From Selaginella moellendorffii (Eukaryota; Plantae; Lycopodiophyta): 64,000 nt of DNA. The notes under the pieces are model-generated. The model worked only from the letters and a program-made list of their open reading frames with translations, was not told the DNA's origin and made no database searches. Position 1 is the stretch's first letter. Every line of letters starts with the position of its first letter. The stretch covers positions 62,001-126,000 of the forward strand of contig NW_003314376.1 in the NCBI RefSeq assembly GCF_000143415.4. Reading direction: 5' to 3'. Position numbers and translations under genes: made by a program. Below are positions 49,041 to 61,179 of this stretch, one piece after another.

Positions 49041-51549
49041 AGTTGAGGGGTATAGGGACACTTATATTCTGTTGTCATGGGCTCTAGGCCGGGGAGGCTA
49101 ACTTAGGCACACCGCTAAGTGGGGGGATGCCCCCGGAGACATGGTCAACAAGATGTAGGATAAAAAAAGACGTTCGATGTGGGCATCGAACTTCTTCTAT
49201 GGGTGGTAGAGTTGTAAGGAACCAACTCCCCGAGATATCGTAAGCGAAAGGATCTCCGAAAGCATGACCGAAACAACAAAGAGTTCATCGGATGGGACCG
49301 AGTCGAAGATCGAGTCCAAGACTGACTCTGAGACCGAGTTCGAGATAGAGTCCAAGATCGAGCCAAGGCCGAATCGGAGACCGAGTTCGAGACTGAGATC
49401 CAAATCGGGTCCGAGACTGAGTCCGAGGTCAAGTCCGAAGTCGAGTCCGAGATCGGGTCCGAGATCGAGTCCAAGACTGAGTCCAAAGTCGGGTCCGAGA
49501 TCAAATCTAAGACTAAGTCCAAATACTAATACGGGTCAAGGGGTGAAAGCCCAAAGCGTGCGTCTCCCAGGGGGGGGGGCTGCAAAGAGTTCCAAAAGTA
49601 TAGTAGGGATAGTGAGGTCCAGGAACCAGTCTTGAAGGAACTCTCCAGTGGTGCTTCCAAATTGAGTTGAGGTTGAGACTGGGGCTGAGGGGCCTTGGGT
49701 GGGAGTGAGCATGGGCTTGGGTGGTGCCAGACGGGCCACCCAGGGAAGTGCTCAAGAGCAGCTCCCACTCCCGAAAGGGAAACCGACTACGGTGCTCCCG
49801 GCTCATGTGGAGTGGTGCCCCACTTGAGTACCTTATGGCTCATTGGTCCTTGCCCTTCCTAGGGGCTTGGGCTTTCCCTTCGGGATGGAAGTGGGGGGGT
49901 AGAGGTACCCATACCGAGCCGTTAGGCCATGGTGTTTCGCCCCGATGTCCCGAAGTAAGTGTTGCACCCAAGGCTTGGGATTTAAAGGGTCCCATGATCA
50001 AGTCTTGTTGTACCAAGTTAGGAACCTGGAGGCTTGGTGTGCTTCGCTACTTGTGCTTGCAGGGAATGTAGCCGAACCTTAAGTCCAGTCTAACCCGGGG
50101 AGGGGGATTGGGAGAGATTTGGGAATCCGTGGATGGATGGCTAACGCTCCGTTGCTCGTGTAGTGAGTAGCTGAAACCAAGTAAGACCAAGTAGGAGCTG
50201 ATACAAAAGGCAGGAACCTTGGCGAGGGAACTTATCACAATCCAAGGTAGTGTTGGTCTGATAGACGAGGTAAGCTGGCAAATTGGAAAGGAAAAATTTA
50301 TGGCTTACAAAAATGTGAAAGACGAATGGAGTGAGTTTGACCTCCCCAGTGCAAAATTATAATTGTGTGGTTGGTTTGAGCATTTGGGAGTTGCATAAAG
50401 AGTTGCAACTAGTTCAACAAGGTTCTATAGTGGGCTAATGATTATGCCATGGCTTTAAATTTTATTTCAGTCATGGTTAGCAGCAACTTTATTGGTGGTT
50501 TTGTGCAAGTTTTAAATTCTTGTGGTAATTTATAATTGCCCAACAGAAGCTCCAGATGTTCCACCTGAGTTATTATTATCACCTTTTCATATTCCAAAAG
50601 GGAGGATGGTGTAAAGTTTGTAAATACATATATGTATATATATGTATTACCCTAACTAGGTAATACACTAATTATAGTAGTATAATATATCGACTGTCTA
50701 TTTGGGACTAAATCTGATCTATCCATTCTTGTATATAAGTAGGGGCCTAAACTTTAATTAATATATCTATTCCTTTATTCTAAGCACTCAAAATATATAT
50801 TAAGTTTTACATTCTTGAGGTCAGTAGGAAGGCATTGATTTGCTTGTTACAACTTACAAGTTCCAAAGGCATTAGTTTGGTTTTGGTACAAGATCCAGGC
50901 AGGACAACATGCTTGGAATACAAGGAATGGAGAGAGGCCACCTTGAAACAAAATCCATCACCTAGTAAGCTTTTAATAATTGGTTTCTTTGGATTGATCA
51001 AGCATGCCCAATATCTCTATTTGTTTGTTCAGAAAAGCAAATGCACTTAAATTTTGAAAGAATGTGAAGGTGACGTTTCCAATTTTGAACTTTTGTAAGA
51101 AAAAAAAGTTACTCATTTTAAAAGACTTTTAGCTAAACAAATATGTAGCTAAATATGTTTACTAACAAACAAAAATACAAATTAATATTAGTGTTTAGAC
51201 AATTTGATTGGTACAGAAGACCATACCAGTTGAATTATATTGTGTTGGTTTTACCAATTGCTTTACTCATCCTCTTGCATAACACTGCAAAGCAAAACAC
51301 TATCCCTTTTCCTCCTCCTCTTGTGATTACTATTACTATAATATGTATTATTATTATAAGCATTAGTAACATTCTTCATGGTTGCCTGCAGATGCAGCTT
51401 CTTGGCTATAGAAACTTGCTGGAGATGGTGGGCTTTCCAAAGCTCATCTCTCAAAAGGCTCTTGAAATGCAACAAAAGCTGCCAGAATCTCCAAGGATGA
51501 GTATTAGAATGGTGAAGAGAAAAGTTTAGCATTTTTGTTTCTTTGCTAA

Positions 51550-51606
51550 GGGGAGATAGCTCAGATGGTAGAGCGCTCGCTTAGGGATCAATAACCAGCA
51601 TCTCCA
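51550..51606 (+). pseudogene. tRNA-Ala pseudogene with an internal deletion (arm A)
   Basis: Identical to 8676-8732. Confidence 0.8.
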
Positions 51607-52043
51607 AATATGTTTGATTATTGGATCGTTCCAGGCGTTTTGACCGATTTTACTGGTGTTGACCTCTGGGGGAGCTATGGATGGATGTTGCACCGTGAGA
51701 CTGTCAACAGAGCAATGCAAAGATATTTATCTTGTGTTCTTTTTCCCACATGTTTGCAAACGAGTAAACAAGTTTCGTTCACTGCAAGTACATTAGGATT
51801 GAGCCTGGAAAGGAGTTGCCATCAAATTAAAGATGTTGAAATATTGAGCATTTCGTGATTGTGAGATTAAATCGCTGTTCACATCTAGGTTTCTCTTCGG
51901 CATGCTCAGTTCAAGTCCGACAATCCACAGCTCTTGTTTTTTTCAAAAAGTACCTCTTTATTTTCTATTTTCTAAGTCAAGGGTTAGGTTATAATCTTTC
52001 TCGCTTGGATTTTTCTATTGTCGAAGCTCTCGTCAGGTAAGCT

Positions 52044-52802
52044 ATGGTCTCTCGCGCTCACGCCGCCCCAACGCTTGCCCGCCGAGCTCCAGCGCCCTGG
52101 CATGGCGGCCATCACCGAGCTTCACACCCGCGAGCTCCAGCTCTAGCTCCAGCACATCCACCACACCACCATGGACACCATCCTCGAGGAGCCCACGAGC
52201 CAGTGCCAGGTTTAGCTCCAGTTCTTCAAGGTGACGCTCCAGTTCGAGCCCCAGCGCCAGCTGCTTTCGTTCACCCTGCTCGCGGCCACCCTGCTCATCT
52301 AGCTCCAGCGCCTGATGCTCGCCACCACGATCCAGCTCCAGCAGCAGCAGTGTACCATCATCATCACGGTGATGGAGCCCCTCTGGTTGTTCACCACCAT
52401 CACCATGGTCACCACCATGGTCACCACCATGGAGGACGCCACAACCACCACCACCACCACCATCGTCGCGAGGGTCACGACGCAGCAGTGGCCACACCAA
52501 CACCCGCAGCAGTAGTTACAGTGGTTCGGAGGACGCCGTGGTCGCTGCTCCAGCTTCTTCTGTGGGTTTTGGTTGCGATCTTGGTGCTGCTCGCATTCTT
52601 TTTGCTCGTGCGATGGATGTTCTCTCGGAGGAAGCAGCGCAGTAATGCGATCTTTCAGGATCCCGGGTGGCAGATCGAAGTTGTGGTGGACGATTCTCTG
52701 ACTGAGAAGAAACAGTTGGAAGCTCACACTCGTGGTTCGCACAGCAATGGCACTCTGGGATTCTCCTCAAAGTGTCCTGCCAACACTGGCAGTGACGCGT
52801 AA
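52044..52802 (+). CDS. His/Pro/Ala-rich membrane protein, copy 4
   Basis: 252-aa intact ORF. Confidence 0.65.
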   Translation: MVSRAHAAPTLARRAPAPWHGGHHRASHPRAPALAPAHPPHHHGHHPRGAHEPVPGLAPVLQGDAPVRAPAPAAFVHPARGHPAHLAPAPDARHHDPAPAAAVYHHHHGDGAPLVVHHHHHGHHHGHHHGGRHNHHHHHHRREGHDAAVATPTPAAVVTVVRRTPWSLLQLLLWVLVAILVLLAFFLLVRWMFSRRKQRSNAIFQDPGWQIEVVVDDSLTEKKQLEAHTRGSHSNGTLGFSSKCPANTGSDA

Positions 52803-53199
52803 GTCAGCACAGTGCATGCCTTGTCACATGGAAGATTGTGTACAAACAATCTTCAAGGAGATGAAGTTGCAGAGCAAGAAGACAGCAGGGTCTTGCTCAC
52901 GGACGGTGAAGATCACATACAAGGGTCCACTGGTGGAAGTCACCAGACTTGGAAGTTATTGCGCAGCTGGCTCGGAACATGGACTGGAAAGTAGAGCAGG
53001 AACCTACTAAGTTTTGATTTGACTGAGCTATCCTCTAGAGGTGACGGGGGAGCAGACGTTAGTGCACCTCCAAAGGCCAGAGAAGTTGCTTGAGACGAAA
53101 GGTTTGAGAAAAGGTAACGTACTACTTTTGCTCTCTGTTCTTGCAGGTGCTCAAATCTCAACTTCGATGAGAAGAAGCAGAGCAGGGCATAGCGGCCAG

Positions 53200-53720
53200 A
53201 TAGGTTTCTCCAGAGTCAAGAGCATCATAAGCCAGGAATCAAGCAAGTGCAAAATTGTGGAAGTATGGTCGAAGTCTACACTGCGGCTTGCAACACAGGT
53301 TGTTTGACAGGATGGGACGAAGAACAGGATAGGTTGGTCTACCTCGCAAATTAACCCAATGCATTCGTCGCAAGCAGCCTCGTGGACATGTGGAAGCATC
53401 AGAAGTGTTCAGGAGGACAAAGAAACACGACGTTGGTTGCCTGGAACACGATCATCATGGGACATGCACGTCTTCTATCAGATGCAACGAGAAGCTGGCC
53501 TGCCTCCAAACGCAGAGACTTTGCATGGAGCAGCAAAACGTCGTTTCCTGGGAACAACCTTTGCTCTTGACTGCTACGAGCAAGCCGCAGCCAAACGCTC
53601 AGACTTTCATGGTGGCGCTCAAGGCACGCGGCGACATAGCAGAGAAGAGGCTCCACTCGCAGATCTGGGAGAGAAATCTGGAGGGAATCCACTACTCAGC
53701 GTGGTCGCTCAATGAGAGAA
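53200..53720 (+). pseudogene. Degenerate PPR fragment (arm A)
   Basis: TLVAWNTIIMGHARL, FYQMQREAGLPPNA, PNAQTFMVALKA. Confidence 0.7.
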
Positions 53721-55569
53721 AAGCTTTTCTTGGGAGGTTGGTAAACTTTGCAAGGAAAGAGTGTCATGCAAGGTTGATGGAGCCGTCAATCAAAGATGGT
53801 ACCTGAAAAGACGCGAATGGATCTTAGCTGGCACACCTTGGTGAAGAGATAAAAAATATGAGAGACAATACTTATCTCTTAATTAATTTGCTGTAGTATC
53901 ATTCATTGAGTAATTTAGTTATAAGCTTATTTGAGATTAATATTATAGTAGAATAAACAAAAATATACTAGAAAGTGTTTATACTGAAGTTTATAAATTA
54001 TAATCAAAAAAATTAATCTAAATGAACAACAACTATTAGATATTAAAATATCCTAGAATCTCCAAGCATAGTTTAAGTAAACCACTTATGGATCTATCAC
54101 TTTAAACCGATAGAAGCTTATTCACAAACCTATTTACATTATTATATAGAACTTTTTTCCCAAAACTTCTTTGATTAAAAACATATTAAACTTGGGAGTT
54201 AAGTTTCTCCAAGATTTTGTTGTTGATTAGATGTTATGTTTTTCTTTTAACCATGCTCTGTACAAATATATAACTTTTATAATTGTAATTCAAGTTCTTT
54301 AAATATTTTTTAATTTCATATTAGTAGATGAGAAACAACAAACATATGAACATTACAAATACTTGGTCAAAGGAAGCAAACACAGCATACTCAAAAGCAT
54401 TATAGTTGAAAGTAAAACATAGCCATCAAGCAGGAATACCATCATTATGAGTATATAATTCTCAAGTATGGAAGTGATATTATAAATGGAAAGCTTTACA
54501 ACATCATAATCAACCAATTCCCAATGTTTACATATAATGTTTACATATAAACATTAAAATTCTGAAATCTTTCATCCTTTGCATAGGATGGATCCAAATG
54601 TTAAAGTTTGGATTCATCATAACGTCTGAACATGAGGTGAAAAAAATAGATATTGGTATTGTATTTGAAACTAAAATAAACTTTATCTATAAATTACACT
54701 GAAAACAATATAGGGCATTTCTTATAATTTCACTCAAAGAGAGAGTTAATTCTTCAATAGAAGAAAAACATGCAACCATCACGAAACTTAAATGTATTAA
54801 CGACCTTGTCTAGATCAGCTGAAAGAAGGCACAAAGAAACTTGCCAAGCATCAGCAAGACAAAAGCACACAATTTACTTTGGACAACTCTCTATCATGAA
54901 ATCAAAAAAAATTTAAAGAACTTGAATCATAGTTACAAAGTTGTACATTTGTACAGGACAGAATGTAACATCTAATCTACTTGGAGAAGCTTGAGTCCCA
55001 AGTTTTCAAGTTAAGTTTAAGTGACCAAACACCATAGATATATAATTTCCTATATAAATAACCATTTGTGAAATATGATCCAGAGCATGATTGTCTCTGA
55101 TATTTTTATCTTTTGACCATGGTGTGCCCCCTAAGATCCTTTCGCCTGTTTTCATCTTTGTTTGGGTTTTGTTGATGGCTCCATCAATCTTGCATTACAC
55201 TCTTTCTCCATTTTCCTCACAAAGTTTACCAACAAGCTCCCGAGATGAGCAACACCTCCTAATACCCTCTCCACAATAAGATTGTATGTCCATTCCCGTC
55301 CCTGAAATAACATGTCATTGATGAAAAAGTCAAAGAACAAGGTAAGGAGATAAGCTCCAGAGCTTTCACAACTTTTCATGAAACTACCAAGCTTCAGTTT
55401 CGCCTTCACAAGAAGGTACTTGACTTACGTGATGCTTAGGCCAAGATGGTTGAGCTAGTTAGAAGTCTCTGACTTCAAGCTGTTTTAGCTATAAGATGAA
55501 ACAAAAAAGCTATGAACTAAAAATTATAGTACCTATGAACATCATGCTTTGTAAGGCACTCTCCAGGTA

Positions 55570-56170
55570 CTTCAAATGAGTAGTGCAAGAGGAAGTGCCA
55601 GAGTAATACTGAACTTGGTGCAGAAAACTTCTTGAGAGGCAGCCACTTCTCCACACTTCCTATAGAATGTGATGAGTGAGCACGCGAGTAGTGGATTCCG
55701 TCCAGATTTCTCTTCCAGATCTGCGAGTGGAGCCTCTTCGCCTAAGTCGCCACGTGCCTTGAGCGCCACCACGAAAGTCTGAGCGTTTGGCTGCTGGATT
55801 GCTCATAGTGCTCGAGAGCAAAGGTTGTTCTCGGTGTATCCCAGGAAAGGATGTTTTGCTCAGCGTTTGGAGGTAGGCCAGCTTCTCGTTGCATCCGATA
55901 GAAGAAGTGCATGTCCCATGATGATCGTGTTCCAGGCATGTTTCTTCGTCCTCCCGAACACTTCTGACGCTTCCACATGTCCACGAGGCTGCTTGCGACA
56001 AATGCATCAGCTTCGTATTCACAATTTGTGAGGCAAGAGTGTTGCTTTCCAGGTAGACCAACCTATCCTGTTCATCGTCCCATCCTGTCGAACAACCTGT
56101 GTTGCAAGCCGCAGTGTGGACTTCGACCATACTTTCACAATTGCACTTGCTTGATTCCCCGCTTGTGATG
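55570..56170 (-). pseudogene. Degenerate PPR fragment (arm B, subtype 2)
   Basis: Paralog of 12610-13210. Confidence 0.7.
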
Positions 56171-57492
56171 CTCTTGACTCTGGAGAAACTTATCTGGCCA
56201 CTATGCCCTGTACTGCTTCTTCTCATCAAAGTTGAGATTTGAGCGCCTGCAAGAATAGAGAGCAAAAGTAGTACGTTACATTTTCTCAAACCTTTCGTCT
56301 TGAGCAACCTCTCTGGCCTTTGGAGGTGCACCAACGTCTGCTCCCTTGTCACCTCTAGCGGATAGCTCGTAAATCCTTCATCAAATCGAAACCTTGTGGG
56401 TTCTTGCTCTACCTTCCAATCCATGTTCCGAGCCAGTTGTGTCATAACTTCCAAGTCTGGCGACTTCCACCAGTCAACCCTTGTATGTGATCTCTGGGTG
56501 AGATCACCGTCAGTGAGCAAGAGCCTACTGACTTCTTGCTCTGCAACTTCATCTCCTTGAAGATTGATTCTACACAATCTTCCCTGTGACAACACATGCA
56601 CTGTGCTGACTTACGTGTCACTGCCAGTGTTGGCAGGACACTTTGCGGAGAATTCCAGTGTACCATTGCTGTGGGAACTACGAGTGTGAGCATCCAGCTG
56701 TTTCTTCTCAGTCGGAGAATCGTCCACCACAACTTCCAGATGATCCGTCACTTCAATCTGCCACCCGGGCTCCTGAAAGATCGCATTCCTGCACTGCTTC
56801 CTTTGAGATAACATGCATCGCTCAATCACCAAATGCTCTCTACAGTATAGGTATGATATTTCAAAAAGAGAAATGGATATCTTTCCAATCCTAATGTCCT
56901 ACTTGCAGTGACACGCCACTTTGGATACTTTGAATAACGAAACTCTTTTTTTCCTCGTTTTTCAACTTAGAACTCATTGAATGTGATCATGGAGACACAA
57001 GCCATCAGCGTACACAAACTACTTCCCTACAGGAAACTGGGGAAAAGAAACACGAGATAAATATCTATCCATTGCTGTTTTGATAGTCTCACGGTGCCCA
57101 ACCGAAAGCATGAGACTGATAGATGCAAAAATGCAAGTTGGATTATCTTTGTCATGTAGATGGCATCCTTGTTGTCTTCACGCTCCTGCCTACCAGTCTT
57201 CTTTTTCTTGGCCGGTGGAGGTCTCTTATTATGGCTGCCTCTATTGCAGACACAACATATCAAAGTAGTTTCATAATGTCAGAGGCAAAAGCAAAAGAAT
57301 TAACCCATCTGGGTACTGGAATAAAAGCCAGTTTGTCACAGACGGTAGAGCAGCAATCCAGTGACCCAACAGTGGAGGGAACTAGCACCATCCGGTTTTA
57401 CTTCTTCATCGTGGATCCCTAGCTCCTCAAGTGGTCAACCATAGTCAACACCAGTAAAATCGGTCAAAACGCTTGGAATGATTGAAAATAGT

Positions 57493-57565
57493 TGGAGATG
57501 CTGGGTATCGATCCCAGTGCCTCTCACATGCTAAGCGAGCGCTCTACCATCTGAGCTACATCCCC
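57493..57565 (-). tRNA. tRNA-Ala(AGC), best-preserved copy
   Basis: GGGGATGTAGCTCAGATGGTAGAGCGCTCGCTTAGCATGTGAGAGGCACTGGGATCGATACCCAGCATCTCCA; all stems pair allowing G-U; TTTT terminator. Confidence 0.9.
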
Positions 57566-58023
57566 TTAGAATAGAAACAAAAATGCAAAGCTTTTCTCTT
57601 CACCAGTCTAGTACTCATCCTTGGAGATTTGGGCGTCTTTTGTCACATTTCAAGAGTTTTTTGATTGATTCTAGAGCTCTAGCTATGGAGGAAAATACTC
57701 AAGGTCATGAGATCTCATCTTGGCAACGTCTTATTAAGTGCTCCAGGCCGAGGGATTTGTGGAGCATACCCCTAAGAATCAAGAGAGATGCATGTGGAAT
57801 CCACAGGATGGGTTGCTTGATGCATACGACAGGGCACTCCTTGCAAAGCTGGCAACCATGAAGAATGTTACTAATGCTTATAATAATAATACATATAGTA
57901 ATAGTACAAACAAGAGGAGGAACAAGGCTAGTGAATTATTTTGCTTTGCAGTGTTATTCAAGATGGATAGAAGCAATTGGTAAAACCAAGACAATATAAA
58001 TCAATTGCTATGATCTTTAGTAT

Positions 58024-60290
58024 TGTGAGGGCCAAGTGTACGGCTACGATGCCGTATACTAATATTAGTGTAGTGGGATTTTGGTAACCGTCAGATTGCT
58101 TTTAATTTGGACCACTTGCTCTTATATATAAGCTAGGGTCTTTTGGGCTAATGGATATGCACATTTCTATATTCCCTTTCCATATCCTAAGCACTCACAT
58201 TGGTGGAGATGAGGGGCACTTTTGATTGTCCCTAAGGAGTGCTTAAATTTGGGATTTTGGTTTAGATCTAGCTTTTGCATTGTCTAGATCTAGCTTTTTC
58301 CATTTCCTTTCTTTTGTTCTTTCTTTTTAGGATTTTGGTTTGGATCTAGCTTTTTGCATTGTTTAGATCTACCATTTGCTTCTAACTTTTTGTCATTTCT
58401 CTTCTTTTGCTCTTTCTTTTTCATTCGACAAGGGCAAGGACGTGGTCGTGGCTGTGATGTTCGCTGTTGGGCATGTGATGAAGTTGGTCATATCTCGAGT
58501 TTAAGTTGTAGTCATTGCGGGTGGTGCCGAGTCAAGTTTTTGACCTCATTCTTGGTATGGATTGGTTGCAGCGCAATCATGCTAAGTGTGATTTTGAAGC
58601 TTCTCCCCCTTGTCTCATATTTCCTTATGTTTCATCCATTCCTCTCACTTCTGTACCTCTTTGTCCCTTTATTTTTACCTCTGCTTCCATTACTTTTGTT
58701 TCCCCACTATTTCCTCCTATGTTTCCATCTTGTTCTGCTCTTCCCTTTTCCGATCCCTCCGACGATCTTTGTGTTGCAGCGGTGGACCGGCTCATGAAGG
58801 AGTATTCTGATCTCTTTGAATTTGACTTATCGTCTGGGGCCAAGATTGCCACACGTCATCCAATTCCAACCAGGGATGCTTGTCCAATCAAGGTTCCCGT
58901 TCGTTGTCGGTCACCCAAGGAGATCAAGATTTTACGTGCAAATGTCAAGGAGATGTTGGAGAAGGGTGTTATTCGGAAGTCGTGGAGTCCTTGGGCATGT
59001 GAACCTCATCTTGTGACGAAGCCTGATGGGAGTATTCGTTTCTGCATCGACTATCGTCCATTAAACAAAGAGACGATCCCAGATGTGTATCCTCTTCCTC
59101 ACACTGCTGATCTCTTGGATCGTCTGGGGTGAAGTTGTTAGTTCACCAAGCTAGATCTTGCTTCTGGGTACTGGCAAGTACCGATAGCCGAAGAAGATAT
59201 TCATAAGACTGCTTTTCATACACTATTTAGTTTGTACGAATTCTTGGTGATGCCGTTTGGTTTGAACAATGCTCCAGCAACCTTCCAGCGGATGATGGAC
59301 AAAGTTCTTTGCGATATGCCGGAGGTGACTGTTGACTTCATTGATGATGTCTTGTTCCACTCGGAGGGGACATGGGAGGAACGTTTGTGATGTTTGTAAA
59401 GTGTTGGATCGGCTACACGATGTTGGTTTAAAGCTGAAGCAGACAAAGTGCGTGTTTGGGTCCAAGGATACAACTTATCTTCGGTACTATATTTTTCGTG
59501 AGGGTTTGCAAGTTGATCCTGACAAACTTGTGGTTGTTCTAAAGTTCCCTACTCCGAAGTGTGTGAATGATGTGTAGCGCTTCTTGGGCAAGGTGCAGTA
59601 TCTCGGTCATTTTGTGGATCATCTTTCTAATCGCATTGCACCATTGCGAGCATTGCTGAAGTCGTCAACATCATCTTTCATCTGGTCTTCAGATTATAAG
59701 CGGGCGTTCGAGGATCTCAAAGAGCTATTGATGACTCCTCCGATTTTGGCATATCCTGACTACATTCGACCTTTTATTTTACACGTGGATGCTTCTAACA
59801 TTGGTCTTGGAGGTGTGTTGATGCAAGAGAGCTCGAGTGTGCCTAGTTAGCACCATCCCATTGCATATATAAGCCATACGTTACAACCAGCGGAAATGAA
59901 CTACTCTACGACAGAGAAGGAGTGTTTAGCAGCAGTTTGGGGTTTCGAGAAACTTCATGCATATTTACATGGTTCTCAGACGTTACTTGAAGGTGATCAT
60001 GCTGTTGTTACTTCATTATTGAAGTGGAAGAACCTGGTTGGTCGTACTGCTCGATGGGCTTTGAAGCTTCAGATCTATGATTTTGATGTTGTTCATCGCC
60101 CAGGGAGTTCTTTGGCTAATGCTCATGCCCTTTCTTGAGCTCCTCTTCCTTCTACATTCTCTTCTTATGTTTCCGATGAGCCTGTTGTTCCAGCCTCTGT
60201 GAATTTTCTACACGAGGATTTTGTGCCGTCGGCGGTTGCTGTACTTAACATTCAGTATCCACAAGGCACAAAGCAAGATCTACCTTCTCT
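58024..60290 (+). mobile_element. G1 gypsy copy 2, internally deleted and 3'-truncated
   Basis: 5' LTR 58024-58199; PBS TGGTGGAGATG at 58201-58211; most of gag and the protease start deleted; RT and RNase H remnants. Confidence 0.9.
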
Positions 60291-60470
60291 GTCCAGATTT
60301 CTCTTCCAGATCTGCGAGTGGAGCCTCTTCGCCTAAGTCACCCTGTGCCTTGAGCACCACCACGAAAGTCTAAGCGTTTGGCTGCTGGCTTGCTCATAGC
60401 ACTTGAGAGCAAAGGTTGTTCTCGGTGTATCCCAGGAAAGGATGTTTTGCTTAGCATTTGGAGGTAGGCA
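60291..60470 (-). pseudogene. Displaced PPR fragment from arm B subtype 2
   Basis: Matches ~55700-55878. Confidence 0.75.
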
Positions 60471-61179
60471 AGTGAGTGCTTGGAATATGGAAAGGAAATA
60501 CAAAAATGTGCATATTAATTAGCCCAAAAACCCTAGCTTATATATAGGAGCGAGTGGTCCAGATTGAAACCAATCCAACGGCTACCAAAATCCCACTACG
60601 TTAATATTAGTATACGGCATCGTAACCGTACACTTGGCCCTCACATCATCCCCTCCTCTCGGGATAATGGAAGACCATCAAGGTTCTCTTGAAGATGGGC
60701 CGGGATCCGGAGGAACATCATGCTGAACCTGAGGAGGAGGCATCGGTGGATCTGTAGGTGGTATTAACTCCTCCTGATCCCTTTGTATGAAGCGTTTTAG
60801 CTGTTGCACATGCACAATCTCTGGAGGATCGGCCTGCTGAACGTCATGCCGAACCTCATAAACTTGTGGTCCAATTTTTTGCAACACTCGATATGGTCCT
60901 TTCCATTGCGCAAGAAGCCCCTTAGATAAACCATGTACCGTAAGATGGGGAAAACGGACTAACACCATATCATCCACTTTGTACTTCGCAGGTAGACAAT
61001 GATAGGAGTTGTAGCGCCATTGTTGTCCCATTTGTACGCAGCCTAAGTGTTCAATAGACTCCGCTCGGACAAGTGGAAGAATGCTTGTCAAATACTAATC
61101 CCATGATCTAGCATTGGCAGCACGTGGCAATCGCTAATTTAAACCCAACTCCGTTGGTAATATTGGATCATGACCATAT
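60471..61179 (-). mobile_element. G1 gypsy 3' end (integrase tail, PPT, 3' LTR) in inverted orientation
   Basis: LTR 60471-60645; PPT 60646-60660; WKGPYRV. Confidence 0.9.

Larger units (their letters stand above)
36712..50309 (+). mobile_element. Full-length Ty3/gypsy chromovirus, decayed, with an intron-containing integrase
   Basis: LTRs 36712-37595 and 49213-50309 (TG...CA); TSD AGAAT/AAAAT; PBS TGGTATCGGAGC (tRNA-iMet type) at 37599-37610; single-frame Gag-Pol. Confidence 0.95.
34943..50792 (+). mobile_element. Non-autonomous LTR element (NA) copy 3, split by the chromovirus insertion
   Basis: 5' LTR 34943-~35103 (end deleted), 3' LTR 50610-50792; internal sequence matches 26622-28498 on either side of 36712-50309. 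Confidence 0.85.

Noticed and set aside
48840-49060. Group I intron or self-cleaving ribozyme in the chromovirus 3' UTR
   Set aside because: Only a partial R-like word and no convincing catalytic core; kept only as a generic structured element
55660-56601. 313-aa ORF (and 12697-13491) as a functional gene
   Set aside because: It crosses the PPR motifs out of frame and is broken in the other arm copies
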